IMG/VR virus record: IMGVR_UViG_3300041583_000459
Reading direction: 5' to 3' (one strand)
From: an uncultured virus (IMG/VR IMGVR_UViG_3300041583_000459)
Taxonomy: Duplodnaviria; Heunggongvirae; Uroviricota; Caudoviricetes
DNA: 64,000 nt
The translations under genes and the position numbers were made by a program. The stretch's first letter is position 1; each line of letters begins with the position of its first letter. Of the stretch, positions 1-11,273 are shown in pieces. The notes beneath the pieces are model-generated. The model searched no databases. It was not told the origin of the DNA and worked only from the letters and a program-made list of their open reading frames with translations.

Positions 1-190
1 AGGCACCCATAAGCTTGGCACCCACAAGCTTGGAGCCCATGAGATTGACACCCTCAAGATCAGCACCCTCGAGATTGACACCCATAAGATTGGCACCCTC
101 AAGATTGGCACCCACAAGCTTGGAGCCCATGAGATTGACACCCTCAAGATTGGTGTTTGGACCGATTGTGTAACCATTAACAATATTCAT
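1..190 (-). CDS. Pentapeptide-repeat protein, runs off the window start
   Basis: ATG at 190 reads [47 protein letters not shown]...; 15-bp DNA repeats encode A(N/D)Lxx-type pentapeptides. Confidence 0.85.
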   Translation of the reverse strand, partial: MNIVNGYTIGPNTNLEGVNLMGSKLVGANLEGANLMGVNLEGADLEGVNLMGSKLVGAKLMGA

Positions 191-257
191 TGTATATACC
201 CTTTGCTTTGCTTCAATTATTTATCTCACAATTCTCTATGTGAGTCAATCGCTAAAT

Positions 258-977
258 TCATTTTGCCAAATTTTCTTTTTGTAGATGAATTAATTGTTTC
301 CAAGTATCACGCCAATCAACAACCTGATAACTATTTTTTATTATTTTTGCAAGTGGTTCATCATTTCCACCCTGTTCCATCTTGTCACCAAAAAAATAAA
401 GATTGTCATACTTCATATCAAAGTCTACAATTATTTGACCTTTATCCCAACCAGTAGGATGAATATCAATACCAGTATCACCACCTACTGTAGCGGTTAT
501 AAACTCAAATTTTTCGTTGATGGCGGCAGCAATGTTTTCACGTTCTTCATGGGCAGTATCCCATTTAACGTAAATTTCTCTGTCAGATATAGAAGCACCG
601 CGACCAACAATACTAAAATTAATCATGCCAGTTCTTTGTTCTATATGGTGCCCTTGCCTAATAGGAAATTTGCTTTCAGCAAGCCAATAATTTAAAGTAT
701 GAAAAATTTCTTTAGGAGCTTTCCATATTTTTTCGCGTACCAATAACTCATTGGATCTTACTTCGTTTCCTGCACAATTATATACATAGATTGGCAAACG
801 TAGCAAGTATTCACCTAATTGCTCTTGTGTTTTTGTATAATCGCTACCAGTCACAATATAGACTTTGTTATCGATGCAAAATTTCACAAAAAAATCTTTA
901 AAATTGTTATCTATAGATTTGCGGCTTGGTGTTAGTGTCCCATCTACGTCAAAAATAAACTTATTCGTTTTGACCAT
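258..977 (-). CDS. HAD-IIB hydrolase, eukaryote-type phosphomannomutase-like
   Basis: FDVDGTLT motif I, VTGSD motif II, FFGDK..GGND motif IV. Confidence 0.85.
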   Translation of the reverse strand: MVKTNKFIFDVDGTLTPSRKSIDNNFKDFFVKFCIDNKVYIVTGSDYTKTQEQLGEYLLRLPIYVYNCAGNEVRSNELLVREKIWKAPKEIFHTLNYWLAESKFPIRQGHHIEQRTGMINFSIVGRGASISDREIYVKWDTAHEERENIAAAINEKFEFITATVGGDTGIDIHPTGWDKGQIIVDFDMKYDNLYFFGDKMEQGGNDEPLAKIIKNSYQVVDWRDTWKQLIHLQKENLAK

Positions 978-1284
978 TTACCATTTCCAAATACGAATAG
1001 AACAATGCTATGACAGCATTGTTCTCTACTAATTCACTGTGGCGTTCGCCATTACGAAACCAAAAAGTTGGTCTATCGTTATTCATTGGGTCATACTCTA
1101 TTGACCATTTGTCATCAATTTTTAGAATTTTCATTGCACTATTCCCTAATGTAGCATTCACGCATAAAATCAAATATCACCTTGTGATTTTTTCAATATA
1201 ACCTGCCCCAAAATTTTTAGAATCAAAAGAGTTGAAGAAATTTACAAAATCATAAACTTCTTGGGTTAAATCTCATATTATCCC

Positions 1285-1596
1285 TCAATCGTAATATGTT
1301 GCTCGCTCGTATGGTGAAAGGTCATTTAGCGCAAGATAGTCGGACTCTGTAAAGCCTTCAATGTCAACGCCTTTACCATGACCAACAAATTTGTTCTCAC
1401 TGTCGAAGGAGGAATACCCATAGCGGTCGTATCCATTTTCATCGTAGTCACCGAACATTGTGTTTGCATCAAAGACAGCACCAGCGTCGATCATTTCTTT
1501 GGTCCAAGGTTCAGGCTCTTTGCCATAGCAGTTGAATTTATACTCATAGTCTGTTGGCCAAGATTTACAGTTTGGGCTATATTTTCCGCGACTCAT
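1285..1596 (-). CDS. Hypothetical phage protein
   Basis: 103-aa ORF with short GYD/GY repeats, same strand as neighbours. Confidence 0.6.
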   Translation of the reverse strand: MSRGKYSPNCKSWPTDYEYKFNCYGKEPEPWTKEMIDAGAVFDANTMFGDYDENGYDRYGYSSFDSENKFVGHGKGVDIEGFTESDYLALNDLSPYERATYYD

Positions 1597-2081
1597 GATT
1601 TTTCTCCTTCACAATTTACATTATCAACATCACACACATATTATTTTCTTTCCACCATTTTCTTTCGGGCATCACAATATAATTCCCAAATGGTTAGAAG
1701 TATTCCAAGAAAAACACCAAAGAAAAGGCTAATTATAAGAGGAAAAGAATTTCCAATAATAATCATATTTAACATAACATATGCCATCACAAAAGCAAAT
1801 ACAAAGTCATACCATTTCATAATCAACCTCACTTAATAATTGTGCGACACGAACCAAATTATTAGCCCATGTTCCTTTTATATTAACATAGTATAAAGTA
1901 TCTGTGTTGTCAAGCACTTTTTCAATAGTAAAATCAAATAAAATTTCGTCATCTATTAATAATTTAAAAAAATTACGAATTTGTACTTCATCACAGAAAT
2001 GAAATTCTAGTTCCCAATTACACACACTTGCTCGATTTGTAATTTTATCGCTAACAGTCAATTTATATAATTTCCTTAACT

Positions 2082-2435
2082 TTATTTTCTATCAAACTTC
2101 AATTTTTTGATGTATCTATCGGCTTCATCTTTCGTAAGAAACCAATTATGTAGATATGAATCATCTTCTTCTGGCCAAACTTCGCCATCTGGATATTTAA
2201 AATGATATGAATTTAGATGATCTTCGTCAAATCTTATAGTTCCTTTTTTTAAAAACCAAGACATTCCGCAATATTCTACAACCACAATTTCATATTCCCA
2301 ATGATCTCTGTCATATCTATACCACTCAATTCCATCTACATCTACCATCGTAAACTTCACTTTTTTAAATGAATTATTGGTTTCTTTGACAATGTATACT
2401 TTATCGCCAATCACCATACTTTCAAAATTTACCAT
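2082..2435 (-). CDS. Hypothetical phage protein
   Basis: ORF with AAGGA RBS upstream. Confidence 0.6.
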   Translation of the reverse strand: MVNFESMVIGDKVYIVKETNNSFKKVKFTMVDVDGIEWYRYDRDHWEYEIVVVEYCGMSWFLKKGTIRFDEDHLNSYHFKYPDGEVWPEEDDSYLHNWFLTKDEADRYIKKLKFDRK

Positions 2436-2813
2436 AATATCCTTCTTTTAGCTAATTTATAGGTGTTAAATTGTTGGGTTGTACTTTTTTTGTAATTTCA
2501 AGAAATGCTCGTGCTCTATGCGATTTTTGCTTGAGCATAGGCATCTTCTCGACTCTTCTTTTCTTCATAGGCGGCAGCTTTTTGTTTGGCTTCTTCTAAT
2601 GTAAACCCATGCCCCAGTGAAAGGTCATCGAAATCTACTAGAAATCCATCATCAAACTTAATTAGAGTATATGCGCCACTGGAATAATGTGCACCATCAT
2701 TTTCTTCCCAGACTAGTTCTTTGAAATTTTTTTCTATCATTTCTCTACCTTTACGTTCTACCATAGTAGTTGTGGCTATATATAAACCATTAGACCATAT
2801 TTGTCAACAACGG

Positions 2814-3191
2814 TTACGAATTATTAGTATCAGGTTTCCAGAGTTTGGCGTATTTCAAAACATTGGGCAATTGAGTTCCGTCTGGGTATGGACAAACGAT
2901 TGCGCAGCTTTTTTGCGCACCCAGTGTTGTATTTTCATGGCCCAGATACACATCAGGCAGTGCAGCAATCTTATCAAATTCTTTTTGGTTTACCCGAACA
3001 GTAACTTTCTTGAATGAGTTTTCAAGCCAATCAATATACTGAGGATACAAATATATACCCAAATTAGGTATACCATCTAGTTTTTTAGAAAAACTAAATT
3101 TTATATGGGCGCCCAATACAGAATGGGCTACCAAAGTGGGAGTCATAAAGTCTGGCACCTGATCCAATACCGCGATATACATTTTAGTCAT
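2814..3191 (-). CDS. Peptidyl-tRNA hydrolase PTH2-like protein
   Basis: KMYIAV...VAHSVL...W....FKKVTVRV...CAIVCP pattern of the PTH2 fold. Confidence 0.6.
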   Translation of the reverse strand: MTKMYIAVLDQVPDFMTPTLVAHSVLGAHIKFSFSKKLDGIPNLGIYLYPQYIDWLENSFKKVTVRVNQKEFDKIAALPDVYLGHENTTLGAQKSCAIVCPYPDGTQLPNVLKYAKLWKPDTNNS

Positions 3192-3742
3192 AATATAATC
3201 CTTAGTCTATATAGATGGTGTATCCGCGTGATGCTGCTTCGTAATCTACTTGCACCTCGGAACCGTCGTCTTGAATCTTATACAATTGCACCACATGATC
3301 GCTTTCTAATAGATCTGACATCTCGCTCTTGATATTTTCCAAGTTATCTGATACATATGGCGTAATAGATGCGCCGCTACCGTGATACCCTTGTGCTTTT
3401 ACTCTATACATCATCTTTATATCCCAATCTATTAAATTTTCCATTAAATTATATAGTCCTATGCCATTAATATTCGAAAATATCGAAAGGCCAATTAACT
3501 TGGATAGCGCCCATAGAATTAAAAATGGGTTCCTGTTTCTGTGATAATTTCAACATTATTTCTATTGGTGACTATCTTTTGATAGGGGTTGGTCCTATGT
3601 TTTCACCTAACATTTTTACCGTTTTTTACAAGTAGTATTAACAGAAAACATCTTTAAAATGCATGTGCAGAAATATCCGCCGCCGTTGTCTTCAAAATTC
3701 CCCCACCGTGCGCAGACAGTCTCACATTCACAAAGCGATATA

Positions 3743-4108
3743 TTATTGGTCACGACATATCCAGTGTTTAATAAAGTTTTCCATATAGCAGCGAATATTT
3801 TCAGCACCTATTGGGTTCATTGAATGTATAGAATATACAAAGTTTTCGGGAAAGTCAAGATTGTTATCCATAATATATTGACAAAGCCATCTTGCAAAAG
3901 TATACCCAGTCTTTTCACCATCATCGGTGGTATAATGAATTTCTGCCAAATCGTGATCAAAACTAATCTTTGTTGGCAATCCATATTGCGTTACACACCA
4001 TACGGCATCATCCATAGTACGACAAATAATTAAATCTTTGTATGCACCTAAATCATAGGGAACATCTTCTGGAAATCTCAAATCGTCAAGAAATAGTGTC
4101 CATTGCAT
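3743..4108 (-). CDS. Cyclic-phosphate-processing receiver-domain protein
   Basis: LFLDDLR.P, ISFDHDL, TGY, IHSMNPIG motifs. Confidence 0.7.
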   Translation of the reverse strand: MQWTLFLDDLRFPEDVPYDLGAYKDLIICRTMDDAVWCVTQYGLPTKISFDHDLAEIHYTTDDGEKTGYTFARWLCQYIMDNNLDFPENFVYSIHSMNPIGAENIRCYMENFIKHWICRDQ

Positions 4109-4736
4109 AAAATATACCCTTATAATTATTGTAAAGCTGAAATTATTGGAACAGAAAGTATTAAAACTACAAAGAAAGTAATTGATACCATTTTATCGGC
4201 TCGTTTCTGTCCTATCCAATATGACAACATCTGGATATGAACGCAAGCAAATAGCGCAAAAATCAATGAAAAAAGTACAACTACCATGTTTTTACCTACC
4301 TATAATTTATTTTACACTTATGCTTATATCAATCAAATCCCTTGCTTCATATAGATGAATATCATATCTGCAACCGTAATGCAACTTATATTTGACACGA
4401 ACTTTTTTTGGCGTAAATGAAATTATCTGGCCTTGTACAAGTTCTCTGTAGTTTGGTCGTATAGCAGCAACAATGTCACCTTCTTTTAATGTGACGCCTA
4501 CAAAATCTTTAAACATAATTCGCTCATTTTTGTTCCCATCGTTGACAATTCGTTTCTTCAAATGCATTGGGCATAGACCGTTCTCTCGGACACCAATACC
4601 AGTTAATTGGCAACAGTGCCATAATTTCAGCATCAAGGCTACATTCACCATACGCAGTTTCTTCATCTATGTATTCGGGACAGTAGTTTTTACAAGAAAC
4701 GCAAGTTGCCATTTTTTATTCCTTTTTTACAAATAC

Positions 4737-4765
4737 ATAATATTACATCAACAAACAAATGTCAA
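4737..4765 (-). promoter_or_regulatory. Sigma70-type early promoter, representative of many in 1-38 kb
   Basis: TTGACA-N17-TATTAT on minus strand; similar TTGACA boxes near 2802, 6756, 12152, 14001, 16556, 22829, 26293. Confidence 0.7.
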
Positions 4766-5455
4766 GTGATATGATTTACCACCCGTTACTTCCCCACTTA
4801 CCGCTTTCAATTTCTTCATCGGTAAAGCAACCACCTGATCTATCTGGATTTATTTTCCAATTCAAATCTATATTTGCTTTACGAAGCCTAGTAATTTCAC
4901 CAACTGCACGACTCATAATAATATAAATTTCACTAATATCAAACGTATCTGAATCTGCTTCGTCGTCATCGATAGTAGCCACAAAGTCAGAAAGTGATTG
5001 GAGTATATCAGTCATCGCGCTGTCCCTTCAAATTCAATAGAAAAACGTGTGGCGATAATTTGTGCAAGCGCATTTGCTTCCTCTCTTTCATGTTCATTAA
5101 ATTCTTTAATCCAGCAATACAGATTATTAACTACTAATATAACATCAATAACCTTGCGGTCTAAATCTGTGGCAGTTTTAACATACATTTTAATCATATT
5201 CAATATCTTTCTCACAACAAATAACAGTTTCTGAACCCAATATAGTGTTTATGTGGTTATCAACACAAGAAGCAGCATCTAAAACATCTTCACTAGATGG
5301 TGTTTTGCCATCTGGAAATTCAAATTTTATGATCAAAATATCAGTCCTTTCAATTTCGGCCCAGTAAATAGCCATTGGTCTGTGTCTCCCCTTTATTATT
5401 AAACCATATTAAAAGAGAGAAAGCAAAAATTATCACCTTCTCTCTTTTTTGTATT

Positions 5456-5725
5456 TTAGTTACCCAAGTTTAAGAATGGCACAGTTGTAGCTGGCACCAT
5501 TGTAGTAGGTAAAGTTCCATTCCAACGTTCCGCTTGCACCAAATCAATTAGCGTTGGGTTGTCTCTTAGTGCTTCCCCTTTAGCATTAATAGCACTTGCT
5601 TCCGCTTCACCTGTTACGGTAATAGCTTCTGCTTCGGCATTAGCTTGTGAAATGCGGGCAGCAGCTTCCGCTTCTGCTTGAATAACCCTTGATGCAGCAT
5701 CTGCTTGCGCTTGGATTACCTTAAT
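5456..5725 (-). pseudogene. C-terminal fragment of an SPFH/band-7 (prohibitin-like) protein, no start codon
   Basis: IKVIQAQADAA...AEAEA...KGEALRDNPTLIDLVQAERWNGTLPTTMVP; begins directly after an in-frame TAA. Confidence 0.75.
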
Positions 5726-6211
5726 TTACAACACTTCGTTTGTAAAATCACTAGAAGGTCTAAAAACATATTCTGGTGATTCTGGTCGCACCCAAGGAAA
5801 AATCACATTTACACGACTACCGCTACTGGTGAAATGTGTTTTGTATGGTTGGCCTCATCAATTTCTGGTGTAGAAAACCATTCCCAGAAAACTCTTCCAT
5901 CAGACCAATAAGCAATATTATCTTTGCCTTTAAATACAGAGCTGTCACGTCTATTCTGCCACATATTTTCACCAACTTCATTCCATTCTAAATCGTTACC
6001 ATAAAGTGGGGTAAGTGGTTTCCAATTAGCAAGTGTCTCAAAAATTTTAATTGCATACGGTGCCGACATTCCACTATGGCCTTGCTCAGAAAAAAACTTC
6101 AAGTAACTCTAAATTTCCTTGCGCAAGCCATTTATTGGGACCATCTTCAGGGTCATCTACGAAATAACCTGCGAGTTCTAATTCTGTTTTCGCCCAAGAT
6201 TGTTTATTCAT
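5726..6211 (-). pseudogene. Phage protein interrupted by two compensating 1-nt frameshifts (or sequence errors)
   Basis: MNKQSWAKTELELAGYF...LLEVF|SEQGHSGMSAPY...IDE|GQPYKTHFTSSGSRVNVIFPW; extra T in run 6090-6096, missing G near 5853. Confidence 0.65.
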
Positions 6212-6235
6212 ATTATACATTCCTTTACTAAGTTT

Positions 6236-6706
6236 CTAAACTGCCGTCGTATCTACTAATTTTTCTACAATTTCAATAGAGAATTTTTGATATTTACGAA
6301 CTCTTTCAATATCTTTTTCTGTGACATTTTTTAACCTATTAAGATCACTATTATGTCGAAGATCACAAAGTTTTACAAGCATTGCATCTCTATTTGAAAA
6401 TACAACACTTTTATATTCATCTGGTGTCTGCCCATCAATTTTTGTCAGGGCTACAATACCAGATACAATACGTTCTGTCATTCCAATATCTTTTAAGTCT
6501 TGAGATGTGGTGTTGGTATCTTCTATTGTATCATGCCCGAGTGCGATACATTGCAACTCTTCATCATCAATATCGATATAATCTAACACTTTCAAAACGT
6601 GAAGAATATAAGGTGAACCACCTCTATCAAACTGCCCTTGATGCACTTTTGCCACATATTGGAGCATTTGGCTTAACATTACACCTTTTTTAGTAATTTC
6701 TTTCAT
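6236..6706 (-). CDS. HD-domain (p)ppGpp hydrolase-like protein (SAH/Mesh1-like), early copy
   Basis: HQGQFDRGGSPYILH, LGHDTIEDT, VKLCDLRHN; TTGACA promoter at about 6756. Confidence 0.85.
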   Translation of the reverse strand: MKEITKKGVMLSQMLQYVAKVHQGQFDRGGSPYILHVLKVLDYIDIDDEELQCIALGHDTIEDTNTTSQDLKDIGMTERIVSGIVALTKIDGQTPDEYKSVVFSNRDAMLVKLCDLRHNSDLNRLKNVTEKDIERVRKYQKFSIEIVEKLVDTTAV

Positions 6707-6762
6707 AATAATACCTTACATATCTACTAATAAACATAACAAGTAAGTTATGCCATGTCAAA

Positions 6763-7185
6763 TCACAAACTGTAAATTTCGGAAACAATTGCTCCTGCTT
6801 GCTTCATATCAACAAGAACACCAAACTTTTCTTTCAGTGCTTTCATAACAACACCTTTATTTTGTGGCGATTCCACACTTTCAAGGAAGAATCTGATTTC
6901 ATCTTCAGTTGCCATGATAGGCAGCACAGACATTAGTATATTTTTTTCTTGATTTAGAGAAAACAACCTATCATCTTTACCAACTGCGAATGTGATGTTT
7001 ATTTCTATAGTAGAAAGTAGCTTCTGAACTACTTTGATTGCTTCATCATTATTAGTAGTGCGGTTTCCAGAATTTTTGCCGACTTTTTCAATTTCACTAA
7101 CAGCAAATATAATAGAAGGTGCAATGTCACTCTTAGTTTTTCTAAGCATAAGAGCTTTTTCTTTTAGTTGGTCTAGTACGTTCAT
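6763..7185 (-). CDS. GatB/YqeY-domain protein
   Basis: Helical pattern LKEKALMLRK...EKNILMSVLP.MATEDEI...KGVVMKALKEKFG..VDMK. Confidence 0.7.
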   Translation of the reverse strand: MNVLDQLKEKALMLRKTKSDIAPSIIFAVSEIEKVGKNSGNRTTNNDEAIKVVQKLLSTIEINITFAVGKDDRLFSLNQEKNILMSVLPIMATEDEIRFFLESVESPQNKGVVMKALKEKFGVLVDMKQAGAIVSEIYSL

Positions 7186-7297
7186 TATATCAACTCCAAA
7201 ATTTATTTTTATGTTTTGTACAACTGGTTTGGGTTTCTGAAAAAACATACATACCAAAAATGCCTCGTATATGTGACTTTTTCAAAAGCATCTATGG

Positions 7298-8443
7298 TCA
7301 CAGTCCCATCCATTTAGCAAGTGCATCATATTTTGCAGTGTTTCCTACATTTTTCTTGATGTGTTCAATTATCATCGGCCTCAGTTCCTTACCGTCAATC
7401 ATCTTGAAAATAAACCCCCCATCTTCTTTATGGATTAGGTTTGGCACAAAATAAAGTGCAATGTCTTTCTTAACATTGCCATGCAAAACCTTAGAAATGT
7501 CTAATAGACCCTCAATGCGACCAAGAACATTTTCAATGCCTTCGTCAAATTTCTTGTTATAAATTGATACTCTGGTTTTGTCTGCATCATCAAGAAATGA
7601 CATTAGGTCGTCAATTTGCTCGTTCACAATAATATCCGCAATATTTCGGTCAAATCGAATAATATCTTTGGTTTTATGAATACGAACATATTCTTCTGCT
7701 TTGATTTTTACCCTATGCCCATTGGCAAAAGCTACAACAAACCCTTCTTGCTTTTTAAGCGGACGGGTATATTCAATAAGATCATTTGCAGATTTAAATG
7801 GTTCAATATGCCCGACAACTGGGATGCTGTAAGTGCGCGCCAAATCCATCAACTTATCATTGCTAACATATTCACCAGATACGGTATACCTTCCCGCAAG
7901 AAGAATCATATTTTCATCTGCATAGTCAAGAACAACTTTATTATGTGGCCCAACATATTCAAAAATAGGAGTGATATTATGGTCCATGCAATAGGTAGCA
8001 AAATCTTGATAGATTGTGTTTTTTGCAGCAAAATCTGACGCTTGTTTTGCAACATCAGAAAATCCCATTTTAGTACCCCAATGAATGCTGTCATTGAACA
8101 TAATAGGGCGCAACATACTGCCATCTAGTTTTTCATACACCATATGTGGTTGTGAAAAATCAAGATTGTGTGACTGGGTTTCATTACGCTCGCCAATGTT
8201 GAAAAATTTATTCACTGGACGACTCATAATATTGCCATTAGGGTAAAAGATCATACCCCGACATTCCCTACGAATAGCACCACCCAAATCATCAGGACCA
8301 GTCATGTCAAAAGTATTTTCTTTTGATACTACATAGTTTATGATAGTACCAAACTCGCGCTCGGCAACAATAAATTCTGAACGTCCTTCAATGTGTTGTA
8401 GTACATCTTGGATATTATTAATTACTGGAAATTTATAATTCAT
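7298..8443 (-). CDS. rnlA: RNA ligase 1 (T4 RnlA family)
   Basis: RECRG, KFFNIGE, EKLDGS (motif I), FEYVGP.N..V, EGFVV, KIKAEEY. Confidence 0.9.
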   Translation of the reverse strand: MNYKFPVINNIQDVLQHIEGRSEFIVAEREFGTIINYVVSKENTFDMTGPDDLGGAIRRECRGMIFYPNGNIMSRPVNKFFNIGERNETQSHNLDFSQPHMVYEKLDGSMLRPIMFNDSIHWGTKMGFSDVAKQASDFAAKNTIYQDFATYCMDHNITPIFEYVGPHNKVVLDYADENMILLAGRYTVSGEYVSNDKLMDLARTYSIPVVGHIEPFKSANDLIEYTRPLKKQEGFVVAFANGHRVKIKAEEYVRIHKTKDIIRFDRNIADIIVNEQIDDLMSFLDDADKTRVSIYNKKFDEGIENVLGRIEGLLDISKVLHGNVKKDIALYFVPNLIHKEDGGFIFKMIDGKELRPMIIEHIKKNVGNTAKYDALAKWMGL

Positions 8444-8597
8444 TATTCTTACACCCTGTTTTGTTGAAGTATGATATTCGGGGCGGATTAAACCTTTACC
8501 CTACAAGTTCGTCATTGCTATGTATAACAGAAGTCAATATTGAAGCCAACTACTAAATTAGGATGTCAGCCCACAAGGCTGGACACCAAAGGCAATG

Positions 8598-8855
8598 TTA
8601 ATCTGTTTCCGGTGGAGGCGGCATTTCCATCCAGTGGGTTACGCCCCGCATACTATTATTATGGTAGCCATAAACGTAATCTTGACCGTTAAAATAAACT
8701 TGCAGCATCAGATCGCTTGTTTGATTTTTACCATCTGCAGCCCACGCCAATACTGTTTGGCCCCTTTTCGGCATCGCAACTGTTACATTTGTCCAATCCG
8801 TCACATTATTCTCCGTCGTTAAGTTATTTTTTGTAGTTTCAGCACCGCCCCACAC
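8598..8855 (-). CDS. DUF551-like protein
   Basis: W..V...MP...VLAW...VTHWMEMPPPP. Confidence 0.65.
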   Translation of the reverse strand: MWGGAETTKNNLTTENNVTDWTNVTVAMPKRGQTVLAWAADGKNQTSDLMLQVYFNGQDYVYGYHNNSMRGVTHWMEMPPPPETD

Positions 8856-8902
8856 TCTAATGTTCTGGCATGGTGTGATATGTGCATGGCGGGCCGATAT
8901 GG

Positions 8903-9525
8903 TTAAGATGCTATGAGAATTTCAATCAGCGTGATGCGTTGCCTATCATGGGAGACATAGGCGGCATCGGCGGCATAGGCGGCATAGGCGGCATCTACGG
9001 CATAGGCGGCATAGGCGGCGGCATAGGCGGCATCGGCGGCATAGGCGGCATCGGCGGCATAGGCGGCATCGGCGGGGCATAGGCGGCATCGGCGGCAATC
9101 CATTTTTGCCCGCTAGTCAGCAAATTTATTCCTGCAATAACTGGATCGATAACCGCCTGAATTGCATTAGGCTGTGGCGGGATTTCGCGCAACATTGCAG
9201 ATAGCAACTGCCACTGAACGCGGCTCAAGTCTCGCCCGTCGTGCCCAACTGCGGCAGCAAACTCAAGGGCAAATTCAGTTTTGGCTTTGGTTGTATCAAT
9301 GTTTTCAAAAATACATTCGGCAATTTTAATCAACGCAACAGGAATACCATACATGTCCTCGATTTTTTGGGGGTCGTTGCTTTGAACGTGGCAACCGATA
9401 AAACAAGCTTGGCCTGTAGCTTTTTTGAAATATGTTCCGCCAATATAAAGGTCTGCTGCTGCGTGATCAGAGCTACGCTTTTGAAAAGCTTCAATGTTGT
9501 GGGTAAGCATGTCATTATTCTCCAT
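8903..9525 (-). CDS. Protein with an Ala-rich (AAD/AAY)n tract, split by a 1-nt frameshift at about 9075
   Basis: ORF 8995..9525 shifts to PPMPPM where ORF 8903..9103 continues AADAAY...RQRITLIEIL; adding one base restores a 207-aa frame. Confidence 0.7.
8955..9097. repeat. 9-bp tandem repeat GGCGGCAT(A/C)
   Basis: Directly visible tandem array. Confidence 0.95.
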
Positions 9526-10388
9526 TGTGTCGATGGGCCTCTTATTTAAGACATATATTATATTACCTATCTTGTCAAATATAAAATTCGTTTACTTGAC
9601 AAGATAGGTTCATTTCATGGTTTTGTACAAATGTGCTAATGCAGCACGGGCGACACAGCGCGCTTGGCCTAACATGTGTCTGGCGTATTCTAAATCTGGC
9701 ACATCCGCCATTGCATTTGACGGATTACTATCGTGGATATGTGACAAAATATTTAGCACATCCCGCATCACCTCATTTTGCTTTTTTGTAACATCTGACC
9801 TATCCTCCAGCACGGGTTCGACCACGCGGCGGCGGAAGGCTATGATCTGCGACCAAACCCAATGCCCAGCGTTAGTTATGCCCTCCTAGTGTGTTTAGCT
9901 TGCTGTCGCTATTCGGCATCACATGATACCCCATATTTTTGCGCCGTAAAAGATTGTTGTGTTTCTTTCATTATAAATTCGTTCATTTAAAGGTTAATTG
10001 ACACTAGAGACAAAATATAGTTTCATATATTTGCCACATTTTGGGCAGCGATTAGTGAATTTTTATCAAGTAGAAGTTGGCGATTCATTATATTCCAGCT
10101 TGCCCATCTTAGCAAGCTGCAAAAAAATGTGTCCTTGATCTAAAGGATACCAATCAGAAAACAAGTTTGGGTCTACACTCACACATACTTTCAACAAGCC
10201 CCGCTTTGCATATGAAAGAATTTGGATACCTGATGACCCAGCAAAATGTGGTGATTCATCATGGTTCATACAATAATCGTTTAATGCATGGTTTACTAAT
10301 TCTTTTTTATTCTGGTCCCAATAAGATTTATGCACGATTCATTCCTTTTTGCTACATGTATTTTGTAGCATATCTACTATTATTCAAA

Positions 10389-11273
10389 TTAATTCTCCAA
10401 TCTTACATCTGCATTGCCAGAAATGAATTGATCAAAATCTAAAATTGCAAAATCACGGACCACATCTTTGTTTACGTCTTTTGCTTTCATAAACCATTGT
10501 GGGGTTTTATGATATTCTGTAGTGCCATACCAAACACTCATAGGGAAAAGTTTACGTTGTGAGGTTTCACTTCTCCAATTAGTGTACACCACAATTAGTG
10601 GTTCTTTGTTGATTTGCAGGTTCAAAGTATCTTGCTCTAAGTTCAGCGCATCTATTTTATTTCGCAATAGACCTGATGCATATTCAACCGCAGATTTCTT
10701 ATCAAAGAAATACCAATTTCCACTTTTTTCAAAATTGCCTTTTTCGTATTCGGTAGAAGAAAACCCAGACCTACCACTACTATAATAAGCGGTGTTTTTG
10801 TTACTGTAAATGCTAAAACTTTCTTTTTTCACTATTTCTTGTTCAACCAACATAGAGTAATTATTTACAGTCCAAAAATTTGTTCCTATTTGGCATCGCT
10901 TACCATCTATATTGATATTTTCTGGTATTTCTTTGACTTCTACATCCTTGATAGTATAAGAATCAAGCGCGTCTTTTGATAATTCTTTGTCTATTAAATA
11001 TGATCACAAAGAATTTCTAAGTGAAAGATTCCAAATACTCCGAAAACGGTAAACATACAGTGTATATTTTGAATACTTGTGCCGCTTATAATCCAAAGAA
11101 AGTTCTCTTATTTTTCTCATAAAGGAATATTCAATGGCATTAGATTTTTGTTCTATAGGAAAATAATTACTTTCTGCTTCATAGTCTGGAAGTATACCAG
11201 TTTTTTCTTTTACCACACCAGCATATGCTAAATAATGCTTTTCAGGGATTTCGGATTTGTTTATTGTAAACAC
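10389..11273 (-). CDS. Reading frame with a C-terminal WYL-like domain, interrupted by one in-frame TGA at 11004-11006
   Basis: ORFs 11004..11273 and 10389..10853 share a frame with 50 sense codons between; C-terminal YTNWRSETSQRKLFP...W...A.D..K...RDF. Confidence 0.5.

Noticed and set aside
8882..9082. Plus-strand GGI-repeat ORF
   Set aside because: Antisense shadow of the 9-bp repeat.
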